Assembly (NCBI GenBank): GCA_046758965.1
Contig: JBHIBG010000001.1
Span: forward strand, 44,381-108,380
Direction: 5' to 3'
DNA length: 64,000 bases
Source of the DNA: Candidatus Methylomirabilia bacterium
Lineage (GTDB): Bacteria; Methylomirabilota; Methylomirabilia; Rokubacteriales; CSP1-6
The notes beneath the pieces are model-generated. The model saw nothing but the letters and a program-made list of their open reading frames with translations, was not told where the DNA came from and searched no databases. Shown one piece after another: positions 8,892-17,489 of the stretch; within the stretch, counting starts at the first letter, position 1; every line of letters begins with the position of its first letter. Both the position numbers and the translations under genes were made by a program.

Positions 8892-8919
8892 AGGTCCGAT
8901 AAGAGGAATTATGTAACCT
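8892..8919 (+). other. dif: Putative dif site (XerC/XerD chromosome dimer resolution)
   Basis: AGGTCCGATAA-GAGGAA-TTATGTAACCT has the 11-6-11 layout. The right arm is 10/11 identical to the B. subtilis XerD-side arm TTATGTAAACT. Intergenic and AT-rich. Confidence 0.75.
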
Positions 8920-8964
8920 TCCTGGCCGACCTGGCCTGCCCCCTGACCGGGGTGCCGAACCGTG

Positions 8965-9621
8965 CTACTCGGGAGTCTCCCCCGACAGCCTGGCGAGCAG
9001 AATACGCACCTCCTCCGCCCGCGGGCTCTGGGGACGGTCGGTCAGAAAGCGCCGGTAGGTTTCGAGAGCCTGGGTGCGCTGGCCCAGGAGGGCGTGTAGG
9101 CGGGCGACATTCAGGAGGAGCTCCTCGTACAGGAACTCGTGCGGGGCGAGGCCCTGGAGGCCTGCCTGGAAGGCGGCCAGGGCGTTGGGGTAGTCCCTGT
9201 CGGCTTCCCAGGCGTAGCCCAGTCCCAGTCGGGCGAGCGCTCGGATAGTGGTAGCGCTGGCCTGGTCAAAGGCCAGCTGGTAGGCCTCGCGGGCCCCTGC
9301 GAACTCTTTGACCTTGAAGCGGAGGTCGCCGAGTTGGAGAGCCGCCTGGGGGAGGGCGCTCAGGCGGGGATAGCGATCCACCACGGTCTCGAGCGCCGTG
9401 ATGGCAGCGTGGCTGAGGTCTGGCGAGGCCTCGGGAGCTGAGGCCTGCCGGGCGCGTGAGGTGGCCAGGGCAAGCTCCGCGAGCCCCCGCGTCTCGTAGG
9501 AAGAGCCCCAGAGCCAGAATCCGGAGGCCGCGAGGAGCGCGAGCAGGAAAACGGCGGCGGAGGCGAGTAACCAGCGCCAGCGAGCGGACGGCTCCCGCAG
9601 AGAACGGCCTGGAGCTACCAT
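8965..9621 (-). CDS. Membrane-anchored TPR protein (YfgM/BamD-like repeats)
   Basis: N-terminal TM helix, TPR-like helices (AALQLGD..F..KEFAGAREAY, ARLGLGYAWE). Confidence 0.8.
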   Translation of the reverse strand: MVAPGRSLREPSARWRWLLASAAVFLLALLAASGFWLWGSSYETRGLAELALATSRARQASAPEASPDLSHAAITALETVVDRYPRLSALPQAALQLGDLRFKVKEFAGAREAYQLAFDQASATTIRALARLGLGYAWEADRDYPNALAAFQAGLQGLAPHEFLYEELLLNVARLHALLGQRTQALETYRRFLTDRPQSPRAEEVRILLARLSGETPE

Positions 9622-9850
9622 GGCTCAGAACAGTGCAGCGGCATCAACTGACAAGGTAAATCTACCAGGCGGACGCGCTGCGGACAACAGGTGGGAGGCC
9701 TCGGCTCGGTTCCGCCGACCGAGGCGTCGGCCAGCCTGCGCTCGGCAGCACCCTCCCCTGCTCCGCGGTCCTTCACGCCCGGCGCTCGAGCGCCAGCCCT
9801 GGGACGATGCGAGCGTTCGGTAGCCGGCGAAACAGTTCAGGTGAAAGCTT

Positions 9851-9934
9851 GCCCTCCGGCAGGCTGAATACTGTGACGCCACCGACCGTCATGCCGGTCA
9901 GTTGCATCATCTCGTCAGCGGAAGCAAAGGAGAG
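9851..9934 (-). pseudogene. YbaK/ProX tRNA-editing domain fragment
   Basis: Manual translation LSFASADEMMQLTGMTVGGVTVFSLPEG resembles the YbaK GGVxP loop; no start and no rest of gene. Confidence 0.55.
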
Positions 9935-10086
9935 TATCGGGCTCGCGGCTCATGGGCGAGCTTGCTCGATTGTCCAGCCCAAAACCTCCGCTAGCAAGGC
10001 CTGGGAGCATTGGGTTGCTCCCATGTCAGCCTCCTGCCCGTCAGCCTCAAGACAGCGGCGTCGTGGGCGGGCCGACGGCCCGTGGA

Positions 10087-10212
10087 GCGCGCGAGCACAT
10101 CGCCCCCGAGGGTCCCGCTCCGGTTCATGGGATCCTCCCTCTGGAGCTGGCGGGAGACCCGATAGGGATCGGCGATCACCTCGGGCAGCCTCGGGTTGTA
10201 GTCGACGGCCAC
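10087..10212 (-). pseudogene. 5' fragment of a cytochrome P450-like gene
   Basis: RBS AAGGAG, GTG start, then AVDYNPRLPEVIADPYRVSRQLQREDPMNRSGTLGGDVLAR, like the P450 DPY..L..EDPV.W..W.L.R start; then breaks off. Confidence 0.55.
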
Positions 10213-10243
10213 GCTCGTACTCCTTCGTTGCGAACGGCTGGGA

Positions 10244-10705
10244 CTATGAAGCGTAGTAGCGGTAGATCGCCTCGGCCACACACACCGGCTTATCGCCGCC
10301 TTCGACTTCGAACGACAGACCCACGGTCACCTGCTGGCCACCGGGCACATCTTCCACGCTGTTGAGCGTGCCCCGCAGCCTGACTCGCTTGCCCACCGGC
10401 AGAGGAGCTGGGAAGCGCAGGCGGTTGAGGCCGTAATTCAACCCCATGCGAACGCCTTCGACAGACCAGATCTGGTGGATGAGATAGGGAGCGAGGGAGA
10501 GGGTGTAATACCCGTGGGCTACCGGACCGCCAAAGGGCGATTCTTTCTTGGCGCGTTCCACATCCACGTGGATCCACTGATGGTCGTGTGTGGCGCCGGC
10601 AAAGCCGTTGATCTCCTCCTGGGTGACCAGATGCCAGTCGGAGACTCCGAGCTCCTGCCCGACCAGCGACTTGACGTCTTTGTAGTCGATCACCTTCGCT
10701 GTCAT
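10244..10705 (-). CDS. MaoC-family dehydratase
   Basis: FAGATHDHQWIHVD..A..SPFGGPVAHGYYTLSL, NYGLNRLRFPAP; RBS GGAGGA. Confidence 0.9.
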   Translation of the reverse strand: MTAKVIDYKDVKSLVGQELGVSDWHLVTQEEINGFAGATHDHQWIHVDVERAKKESPFGGPVAHGYYTLSLAPYLIHQIWSVEGVRMGLNYGLNRLRFPAPLPVGKRVRLRGTLNSVEDVPGGQQVTVGLSFEVEGGDKPVCVAEAIYRYYAS

Positions 10706-10807
10706 AACGCGTTCCTCCGTTTTCATCAACATCGGGGCCTCCAGCGCAACCAGCCCAGAGTGGGGGAGAGCGAGCGTGGGTCGAGTTGTTGATCGTCCCA
10801 GAGCTGC

Positions 10808-11158
10808 CTACTGCCGGTCAAACGCACGCACACCCTCCGAGCCGAGCTCGTGGAGCGTCTTCGCCGCGATCCCCACCAGTTCGTTCTCGCGAATGCCCGG
10901 CCGGAGCGCACAGTACAGCTCCTCGTCCACAGCGTCGACCATCATGGCCGCGGTGTTCAGGAGGATGATTTCATCGCGGGTCTTGATGCGTCGTGTTCGT
11001 GATGTACGGGATGTTGTACATGTCAAAGCAGAGCACGCCACCCAGTTCGGACGGCTCCAGTTCGGTCCTCACCCGCGCCAGCCGATTCCACCGGAGGCGG
11101 TCGAAGTTCACCCGCTCTTCCCATCGACGCCCATCGTCCTGAACGTCGGCACTGTCAT
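10808..11158 (-). pseudogene. M24 (Xaa-Pro aminopeptidase/creatinase-like) pseudogene
   Basis: N-terminus ..EERVNFDRLR..RLARV..CFDMYNIPYITN joined directly to RIKTRDEI..LRPGIRENEL; frameshifts present and metal-binding C-terminus absent. Confidence 0.75.
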
Positions 11159-12066
11159 CACGGACTCCCCTGTGCCTTCGGGCTGGCGGGCAGCCCGCTC
11201 ATGCAAGCCAGGATGTCGAACACCACCGCGAAGTCGTGCTCCGTCACGCCGAGCCCCCGGGCCGCGGTCAGCACCTCCTGCGCCAAGGCGGTGCTGGGGA
11301 GCGGTACGCCGCCGGCCCGGCCCAACTCGAGAGCCAGCTGCAGGTCCTTCTGCATCATGGCGACGTTGAACCAGGCCTCCTGCGGCATCTGGAGCACGAA
11401 AGGCCCACGGTACTTCAGCATCGGCGAGGCGACGACGCTTGTGAGCAGCGCCTCCACGGCCCGCTCGCGCGCGATCCCTCCCTTCTCGGCCAGCAACACC
11501 GCCTCGCTGAAGGCCAGCATCTGCACCGCCAGGCAGAGGTTTGTGGCGATCTTCATCGTCACCGCGGATCCGAGCGGCCCCACGTGCGTGATCGTCGGTC
11601 CGATCGCGAGCAGGCACGGACGCACGCGCTCGAGCACGGTAGCCTCACCACCGACGAGGATTGAGAGCTGACCGCGCTCCAGGGTGACGATGCTTCCCGA
11701 CACGGGCGCATCCAGCATCGCCGCGCCCCGGGACCCGGCCTGCGCGCCCAGCATGCGCGTGACGGCCGGGCTCACCGTGCTCATCTCGACCCAGGTCGCC
11801 CCGGCGCGGAGGCCCGCGACGATCCCCTCGGGGCCGAGCGCCACGGCGCGTAGCGCTTCCGTATCGGACACCATGCTCAAAACGACGTCTGCACCCTCGG
11901 CCGCGGCGCGGGGTGACTCCCCCATGCACATCCCCTCCGCGACCAGCGGCTTGGCCTTTGCGCGCGTCCGGTTGTAGCCGACGACTCCGTGGCCGGCCAC
12001 GAGCAGCCTCCGCACCATGCGGCTGCCCATCGCCCCAAGCCCGACAAACCCGAACGTCGCCATCAA
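11158..12066 (-). CDS. NAD(P)-dependent beta-hydroxyacid dehydrogenase (3-hydroxyisobutyrate dehydrogenase family)
   Basis: GFVGLGAMG, DAPVSG, MKIATN, KDLQLA. Confidence 0.92.
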   Translation of the reverse strand: MMATFGFVGLGAMGSRMVRRLLVAGHGVVGYNRTRAKAKPLVAEGMCMGESPRAAAEGADVVLSMVSDTEALRAVALGPEGIVAGLRAGATWVEMSTVSPAVTRMLGAQAGSRGAAMLDAPVSGSIVTLERGQLSILVGGEATVLERVRPCLLAIGPTITHVGPLGSAVTMKIATNLCLAVQMLAFSEAVLLAEKGGIARERAVEALLTSVVASPMLKYRGPFVLQMPQEAWFNVAMMQKDLQLALELGRAGGVPLPSTALAQEVLTAARGLGVTEHDFAVVFDILACMSGLPASPKAQGSP

Positions 12067-12494
12067 CCCTCGTCGACGACCGCGATCGCGCTGATCTCCA
12101 CCTTGCAGCGCGGATGAGTCGCCAGGCGTGCGACCTCGACGGTCGTGGTCGTCGGCAGATGGCTGCCCAGGTAGGACGCCCAGACCCGGTTGAGCTCATC
12201 CTGCTCGCTCACGTTCGTGAGGTAGCGCGTCACGGCGACGAGGTCGGAGAGGCTCGAGTCGGCAGCCTCGAGCGTCTTCTTGAGGTTCTCCATCGTCAGC
12301 ACCGCCTGCTCCCGCATGTCGGGGGGCAGATCGAACTCCTCCTCGCGGTGCGGGTGGCTGTGGTAGACAGGCGCGGCTGTGACGCCCGAGACGAATATGA
12401 GTCGCCCCCGGCGCACGACGATCGCCGGGGCGTACGGCATCACTACGTCAGGACGCCGATTCGCGTGGTGAACGATCGACAGTTCCTTGGCCAT
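12063..12494 (-). CDS. RidA/YjgF-family protein
   Basis: LIFVSG, QAVLTMENLKKTLEAA, PTTTTVEVARL..KVEISAIAV. Confidence 0.9.
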   Translation of the reverse strand: MAKELSIVHHANRRPDVVMPYAPAIVVRRGRLIFVSGVTAAPVYHSHPHREEEFDLPPDMREQAVLTMENLKKTLEAADSSLSDLVAVTRYLTNVSEQDELNRVWASYLGSHLPTTTTVEVARLATHPRCKVEISAIAVVDEG

Positions 12495-12571
12495 ACGGGA
12501 TTCACCACCAGGCGAAAGCGAGACCCGAGCGGCGCGAGGAGCCCGAGGGACTCGTCGGCTCGATGGCGACC

Positions 12572-12640
12572 TTACACCACCACGACGCTGCCGTTGATGT
12601 CAAGTGTGGTCTCCCCGTGATCTGGCCGGCGGGGTCCGAC
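12572..12640 (-). pseudogene. Possible 3' tail remnant of an SDR gene
   Basis: ITG/ETTLDINGS before TAA, resembling SDR C-termini (ITG.TL.VNGG), needs one frameshift. Confidence 0.35.
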
Positions 12641-12913
12641 ACTAGGCAGAGCGCCGGATCGGCGCTCTGCATGCTCCGGTTCGCTTGCTGGCCGGAAACG
12701 AGGCCAAAACCCTTGGCGTGAGCAAGGAGATCTCACACCACGCTGGCACGGACCCCTGCTCCACGGCCGGAATACTCCAGAGGACGGAACCGAAGAGGCT
12801 GGCCTGTGGAACTTCGCGGCGTCGTCCGAGCCACGTGGCGACAGTGAAAGGCCGCTCGTGGCGGTGCCCGTGCGGCCCTTTGCTGGATGCGACCACGTGA
12901 CGACAGAGCCAAC

Positions 12914-12948
12914 GATATTAATAGGTTATCAATATCTCGATGAGATAT
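12914..12948. promoter_or_regulatory. AT-rich double inverted repeat, LysR-like operator candidate
   Basis: GATATT-N11-AATATC overlapping ATATCTC-N3-GAGATAT (contains T-N11-A). Confidence 0.45.
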
Positions 12949-13177
12949 CACTGAAAGCATTATCGTATACCGGCATCGCCTCCCAAACCGATGCTGCCGC
13001 TGGTGCCGAATTCCCCTACCCTCCTCCGCCGGTCTTCCCCTGCCCTCATCTGTGGGCTACGATACCGGCCCGTGGGGGCCCTAACGGGCTCAGGGCGCTG
13101 GTGGTCCGTTGACTTTCGAACGCAGCCGTCTGCTCCTAGGGGACGCGGCGGAGGCGGGCGCTTTGGGGGAATGAGGG

Positions 13178-14314
13178 ATGAAGATTCGAGAGATCAGGAC
13201 GTACCGATTACGGGCGGAGCTTTCTGAAGACGAGGTGTTTGCCTCCTCCAAGGGGTGGCATAAGGCCAGGACGGCATCGCTGGTCGAGGTTGTCTCGGAC
13301 GAAGGTGTCAGCGGCTTCGGAGAGGCCTATGGGCCAGCGGCAGGGAGCCGGACCATCGTGGAGGAACTCTATAAGCCTCTCCTGCTCGGGAGGGACCCTC
13401 TGGAGATCCAGGTCCTCTGGGAAGAGCTGTATAACACCTTCCGAGATTACGGAAGAAAAGGGCTGCCCATCGCCGCCCTCTCGGCCGTGGACATCGCCTT
13501 GTGGGATTTGAAAGGAAAGGTGTTGGGGCTGCCTATCTCTACGCTGCTAGGCGGGGCGTTCCGGACAGAGGTGCAGGCCTATGCCACGGGCCTCTATCGC
13601 CGTGGCGTCTCCGATCAAGCGCGGGCGTTGGCCGACGAAGCTAGGGCGTACGTCTCCGAGGGCTTCCGCGCCATGAAGCTGAAGGTCGGCTTTGGCATCG
13701 AGGAGGACCTCCGAAACGTCCGAGCGGTCAGAGAGGCGATAGGAGAAGAGCGGCGCTTGATGGTGGATGCCAATCACGCCTACGACGCCACCCAGGCGAT
13801 CCGGCTCGGCCGCCTGATGGAACCATACAACCTGTATTGGTTCGAAGAGCCCGTCGTGCCGGAAGACCTCGACGGCTACCTTCAGGTGAAGCAAGCCTTG
13901 AGGATCCCGCTCGCAGGAGGGGAAGCGGAGTATACGCGCTGGGGTTTTAGAGAGTTGATCACAAAACGGGCGGTAGACATTGTGCAGCCGGACATCTGCG
14001 CATGCGGGGGGGTCAGTGAGGCTCTGAAGATCTGGGCACTCGCGTCAACCTGGGGGATCACCTACTACCCGCACGTGTGGGGATCGGCTGTGGGTCTTTA
14101 CGCTAGCTTACAGCTGTCAGCAGCCCTGCCTCCGAACCCCCTCGCCCTCTATCCGGCCGGGCTGCTCTTCGAACTCGACCGGACACCGAATCCCTTCCGC
14201 GAGAACCTCGCTACCGAGCCTCTTGTCCGGAAAAGGGATATGATCGAGATCCCGACAGGGCCTGGCCTGGGATTGGAACTTGATCGGGACGTGCTGGCGC
14301 AGTATGCTGGCTAG
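13178..14314 (+). CDS. Enolase-superfamily (mandelate racemase subgroup) enzyme, D-galactarolactone cycloisomerase-like
   Basis: KxK (MKLKVG), MVDANHAY, WFEEPVVPE, GGE, QPDICACGG, PHVWG, ELDRTPNPFR. Confidence 0.9.
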   Translation: MKIREIRTYRLRAELSEDEVFASSKGWHKARTASLVEVVSDEGVSGFGEAYGPAAGSRTIVEELYKPLLLGRDPLEIQVLWEELYNTFRDYGRKGLPIAALSAVDIALWDLKGKVLGLPISTLLGGAFRTEVQAYATGLYRRGVSDQARALADEARAYVSEGFRAMKLKVGFGIEEDLRNVRAVREAIGEERRLMVDANHAYDATQAIRLGRLMEPYNLYWFEEPVVPEDLDGYLQVKQALRIPLAGGEAEYTRWGFRELITKRAVDIVQPDICACGGVSEALKIWALASTWGITYYPHVWGSAVGLYASLQLSAALPPNPLALYPAGLLFELDRTPNPFRENLATEPLVRKRDMIEIPTGPGLGLELDRDVLAQYAG

Positions 14315-14438
14315 CGTGCCGCAGCAAGTCGAGCCGGAGACGCCCACGGTTGTGCCCGATCGCGGCGTCGGCGATCGAGACGCGGTGACGGATCGGGTGC
14401 AGCTCGTCGAGGGACCGCAGGCGAGAGGAGGCGGCTAG

Positions 14439-14648
14439 ATGATGAGCCTGTTCGGATCTTTTACCTTCACCTGGTGGCAGGTGGGGCTCCTGAAACTCTC
14501 GATGGTTGCCCTGGGGCTCGCGGTCGGTGCGACCTGGTCCGAAGCGTTTGCTGAGTGGCTGGCTCTGCTGTGGGCTCTTTTTGTCATTCCGGCTCTTTAC
14601 CTCGGCATTGTGGGGTATAAACAGCTGCTGAGCGTCGGCCGAAGTTAG
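14439..14648 (+). CDS. Small two-helix membrane protein, unknown function
   Basis: RBS GAGGAGG; 69 aa hydrophobic with FT.TWWQVGLLKL motif. Confidence 0.6.
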   Translation: MMSLFGSFTFTWWQVGLLKLSMVALGLAVGATWSEAFAEWLALLWALFVIPALYLGIVGYKQLLSVGRS

Positions 14649-14709
14649 CTGGCGACCTCTCGGTGACACCCTTCTCCGACACGCCCTGCCCGTTGGCTCG
14701 AGCGCCTGT

Positions 14710-15957
14710 TCAATCGTTGTCCTGCCTCACCCCCACGCACGTCGTGACCGGGAACTGGCGACTGAACACTCTTCTGAAGGTGTTCCACTCCCGATTGGCA
14801 AGCTCCTGGTGCACCCAGGCTTCGGCGTTCGTGATCTCTTCGCCCAGCAGCCCTGACTGGGCTGTCCCTCGGGTCACGATCAGGTAGTCGATCTCATTCT
14901 TCGGGGTCAAGGGCACCCCGGCCAGCTGGGTTGCGGGGTAGGTCGCCCCGGCAAGCACAGCCCATTCGCCGCTGTTCAGCTCCTCGAAGAACCGCTCCCG
15001 CTTGTCGTCATAGTTGCTGGCGTTGAAGTTGCCGCCGAGGAGTATGTCGAACTCCCCTGAGGGGAGGACCGTGCCGTCTGTCCTGGCCTCCGCCAACTTC
15101 CGGAGCAGGAGGGCCATGGCAGCGTCATGATTGCGGGTTCGGTGCTTGCCTGACGCCAGATGGAGGCCCACGATGAGCAGATCATTCTGGGGCTGGCCGT
15201 TGTGGAGGAAGGTAAAGTGCCCCATGAGGGGATTGCGGGTGAAGAGATCGCTCCCCTCGACGATGATGCGGGGCACTGGGATTTCGGCGGCGGCGTTGAG
15301 GCGGGCGTAGCGGGAGTCCCAGAGGAGCGCCACCCGCTGGCTGCCGCCGGAGCGAGTGATGAGGTACTGGAACGAGGGGCCGAGCTCTCTGAGCAGGGCG
15401 TCGAGCTCCGCTGACCGGGGCTGGACCTCTCCCGCCTCTTCCCGCTCCTCTCCATTGATCTCGTTCAGGATCAGAATCTTGGCGGCCACAGCGTCCCGAA
15501 TGGCTGCGGCGATCGCGGTGAGATCCAGGGCCGTTCGAGGCAGATAGGTTGGCCCGCCTCGGCCGTTCTCGGGAAACCCACGCTTCTTGCCGCTGTGGAA
15601 CTGCTCGAGGTTCCAGGTTCCGACGCGATAGCAAAGGCCGCTGGGGGCGGGGCCGGCAGGCACTATCTGGGCGACGTAGCGCGGGGTGATCCAGGCGGAG
15701 TTACCGGCCCCGTCGTCCACCTGAAACCAGCCGGTGGTCGCGTCAACCGCCGTGACAGTGACGGTCATGCCTCCGGGAAAGCTATGGGACACGCCCGGGT
15801 TTCCAGGTGCCGGGTGGCCAGGAACCCCGAAGGCCCGCTCGACCAGGAGGACTCGGTCGCCGACACTCTGGGCCCTGGCGGGCAGCGCGGACATAGTGAC
15901 AGCGAGGAGGGCTAAAAGGGCAGCACGGGCGAGAAGGCTTATGCGCAAGGTATACAT
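14710..15957 (-). CDS. Secreted SH3-like plus exonuclease/endonuclease/phosphatase-fold protein with altered catalytic motifs
   Basis: Signal peptide ending ARA-Q; WFQVDDGAGNSAWI (SH3-like); TWNLEQF, LNEI, GLHLASG, GGNFN, IDYL, SRQFPV. Start set at ATG 15957. Confidence 0.8.
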   Translation of the reverse strand: MYTLRISLLARAALLALLAVTMSALPARAQSVGDRVLLVERAFGVPGHPAPGNPGVSHSFPGGMTVTVTAVDATTGWFQVDDGAGNSAWITPRYVAQIVPAGPAPSGLCYRVGTWNLEQFHSGKKRGFPENGRGGPTYLPRTALDLTAIAAAIRDAVAAKILILNEINGEEREEAGEVQPRSAELDALLRELGPSFQYLITRSGGSQRVALLWDSRYARLNAAAEIPVPRIIVEGSDLFTRNPLMGHFTFLHNGQPQNDLLIVGLHLASGKHRTRNHDAAMALLLRKLAEARTDGTVLPSGEFDILLGGNFNASNYDDKRERFFEELNSGEWAVLAGATYPATQLAGVPLTPKNEIDYLIVTRGTAQSGLLGEEITNAEAWVHQELANREWNTFRRVFSRQFPVTTCVGVRQDND

Positions 15958-16020
15958 AGCTACCGGATCAACAGCTACATTTTCATTGTGCGGGGGGCGC
16001 CCGGCGGCTGTCAAGTTATT

Positions 16021-16245
16021 GGCGAGGGGCGGATTCATGGCGCTGTGGCTCAGGAGGCGGGCTGGGCCTTGCTCGAACGCATGGCCTATGACGGCCACGA
16101 ACGGTTCCCCTCCGCGACGCTCCCGGACTACGCCCTGCCCGCCGTTGACCAGGTACCGTCTGTCGAGGCGGTGCTCGTCGAAATGCCGTCGGCCTCCGGC
16201 CCGTTCGGGGCCAAAGGGGTTAGCGGGCCGCCCCTCATCGCGACC
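16021..16245 (+). pseudogene. C-terminal fragment of a xanthine dehydrogenase-family Mo subunit
   Basis: GEGRIHGAVAQ.AGWALLE...ATLPDYALP..DQVPSVE..LVE.PS..GPFGAKGV; rest of gene absent. Confidence 0.8.
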
Positions 16246-16397
16246 GGCTCTTGTCGCCCCGCCTGCTTTGCGCTTATATGTATGCGTGAGAAGCGACAAG
16301 GTTCAGGTCACACGTTGCATTCTCGTTCCCGCCTCGACGGATGAGAGGATTCGGGAGCTTGGCTCCCGGTGCCGAGCGCGGCAAGGAGGCTCGAGCT

Positions 16398-17033
16398 ATG
16401 ACAATTCGCATCACACGCGTGTACACGCGGACCGGCGATGGAGGGACTACTGGTCTGGTTGGGGGCAAGCGCGTGCCGAAAGATTCACCGCGGATCGCAG
16501 CCTACGGCTCGATCGACGAGCTCAACACGGTGCTCGGTCTCGCGCGCGTCTTCAACGCAGAGCGGCTCGAGGAAGGTGACAAGCACCGCTGGCTCGACGA
16601 GGTGTTCCGACGCCTCCAGAACGAGCTCTTCGATCTGGGTAGCGAGCTGGCAACGCCCGAGGACGCGGTCTATGAGGGGATGTTCAGAACCGGCGACGCC
16701 GAGGTGAAGGAGCTCGAGACGCTCATTGACCGCTGCCAGAAGGAGCTCGAGCCGCTCGAGTCGTTCGTCCTGCCGGGCGGCGGGCGCATCAGCGGGTTCC
16801 TTCATCAGTGCCGCACGGAGTGCCGCCGCGCGGAGCGCGAGATCCTCGCCCTCTCCCGCGTGGAGCCGGTCGGCGAGGGAGTGCTCCGCTATCTGAACCG
16901 GCTGAGCGACCTCTTCTTCGTGCTGTCGCGCTGGGTCGGCAAACATCTCGGGGAGAGCGAGTACCTGTGGGAGCGGGGGCTTCAAAGCCACGCGCGCAAG
17001 AGGCGGGAGCGACACGTCTCGAAGGGCGGCTAG
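16398..17033 (+). CDS. pduO: ATP:cob(I)alamin adenosyltransferase, PduO type
   Basis: RVYTRTGDGGTT, AYGSIDELN, LQNELFDLG, FVLPGG, RTECRRAER, YLNRLSD; RBS AAGGAGG. Confidence 0.93.
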   Translation: MTIRITRVYTRTGDGGTTGLVGGKRVPKDSPRIAAYGSIDELNTVLGLARVFNAERLEEGDKHRWLDEVFRRLQNELFDLGSELATPEDAVYEGMFRTGDAEVKELETLIDRCQKELEPLESFVLPGGGRISGFLHQCRTECRRAEREILALSRVEPVGEGVLRYLNRLSDLFFVLSRWVGKHLGESEYLWERGLQSHARKRRERHVSKGG

Positions 17034-17093
17034 TGGCGCCCGGTGGGGGAACGGCGGGGCCGAAGCCCCGGGCCGGTGGATCGCCGGCGTGGG

Positions 17094-17489
17094 TCAGGCG
17101 CAGCCGGATCGCGGCGTGCCAGGCGCCCGACCAGGGACGAGGGAGCAGGCGAACGTCGCGGGATGCTCGCGGTATTCGTCGAGTGTGGCCCGGAGCCGTG
17201 CCAGAGTCCGCTCACGCTTGGCGAGGCCCAAGCCGTAGATTGCCAGGTCGTTCACGAGCCGCACGTAGAAGAGGTGGTGCGCCTCCCCACCTTCGCGCAT
17301 CACGCACGGAGAGGGCTTCTGGGCTATGCGCAGGGGCCCGCCAAAGGCGTTCACGTACTCCGCCAGGATCGGTTCGTCAGAGAGGTCTCGGGGCACCTCG
17401 GGGAACCGGGCCAGGAACTCGTCCACCGTGATCGGCGTGCGCGCCGCCCGCCTCTTCTCCTCGAGCTCACGCGACAGAGGAATCTGCAT
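17094..17489 (-). CDS. Hypothetical protein
   Basis: 131-aa ORF from ATG 17489 with protein-like composition; no family recognised. Confidence 0.55.
   Translation of the reverse strand: MQIPLSRELEEKRRAARTPITVDEFLARFPEVPRDLSDEPILAEYVNAFGGPLRIAQKPSPCVMREGGEAHHLFYVRLVNDLAIYGLGLAKRERTLARLRATLDEYREHPATFACSLVPGRAPGTPRSGCA

Noticed and set aside
12642-12896. Possible IS end or small ORF
   Set aside because: No terminal inverted repeat pair or transposase motif could be supported.
15958-16299. 114-aa N-terminal extension of the EEP protein
   Set aside because: It is the antisense of an XDH remnant; the signal peptide begins at Met115.
16250-16397. Cobalamin riboswitch upstream of pduO
   Set aside because: No B12-box or GCCACTG/AAGnCAG elements present.
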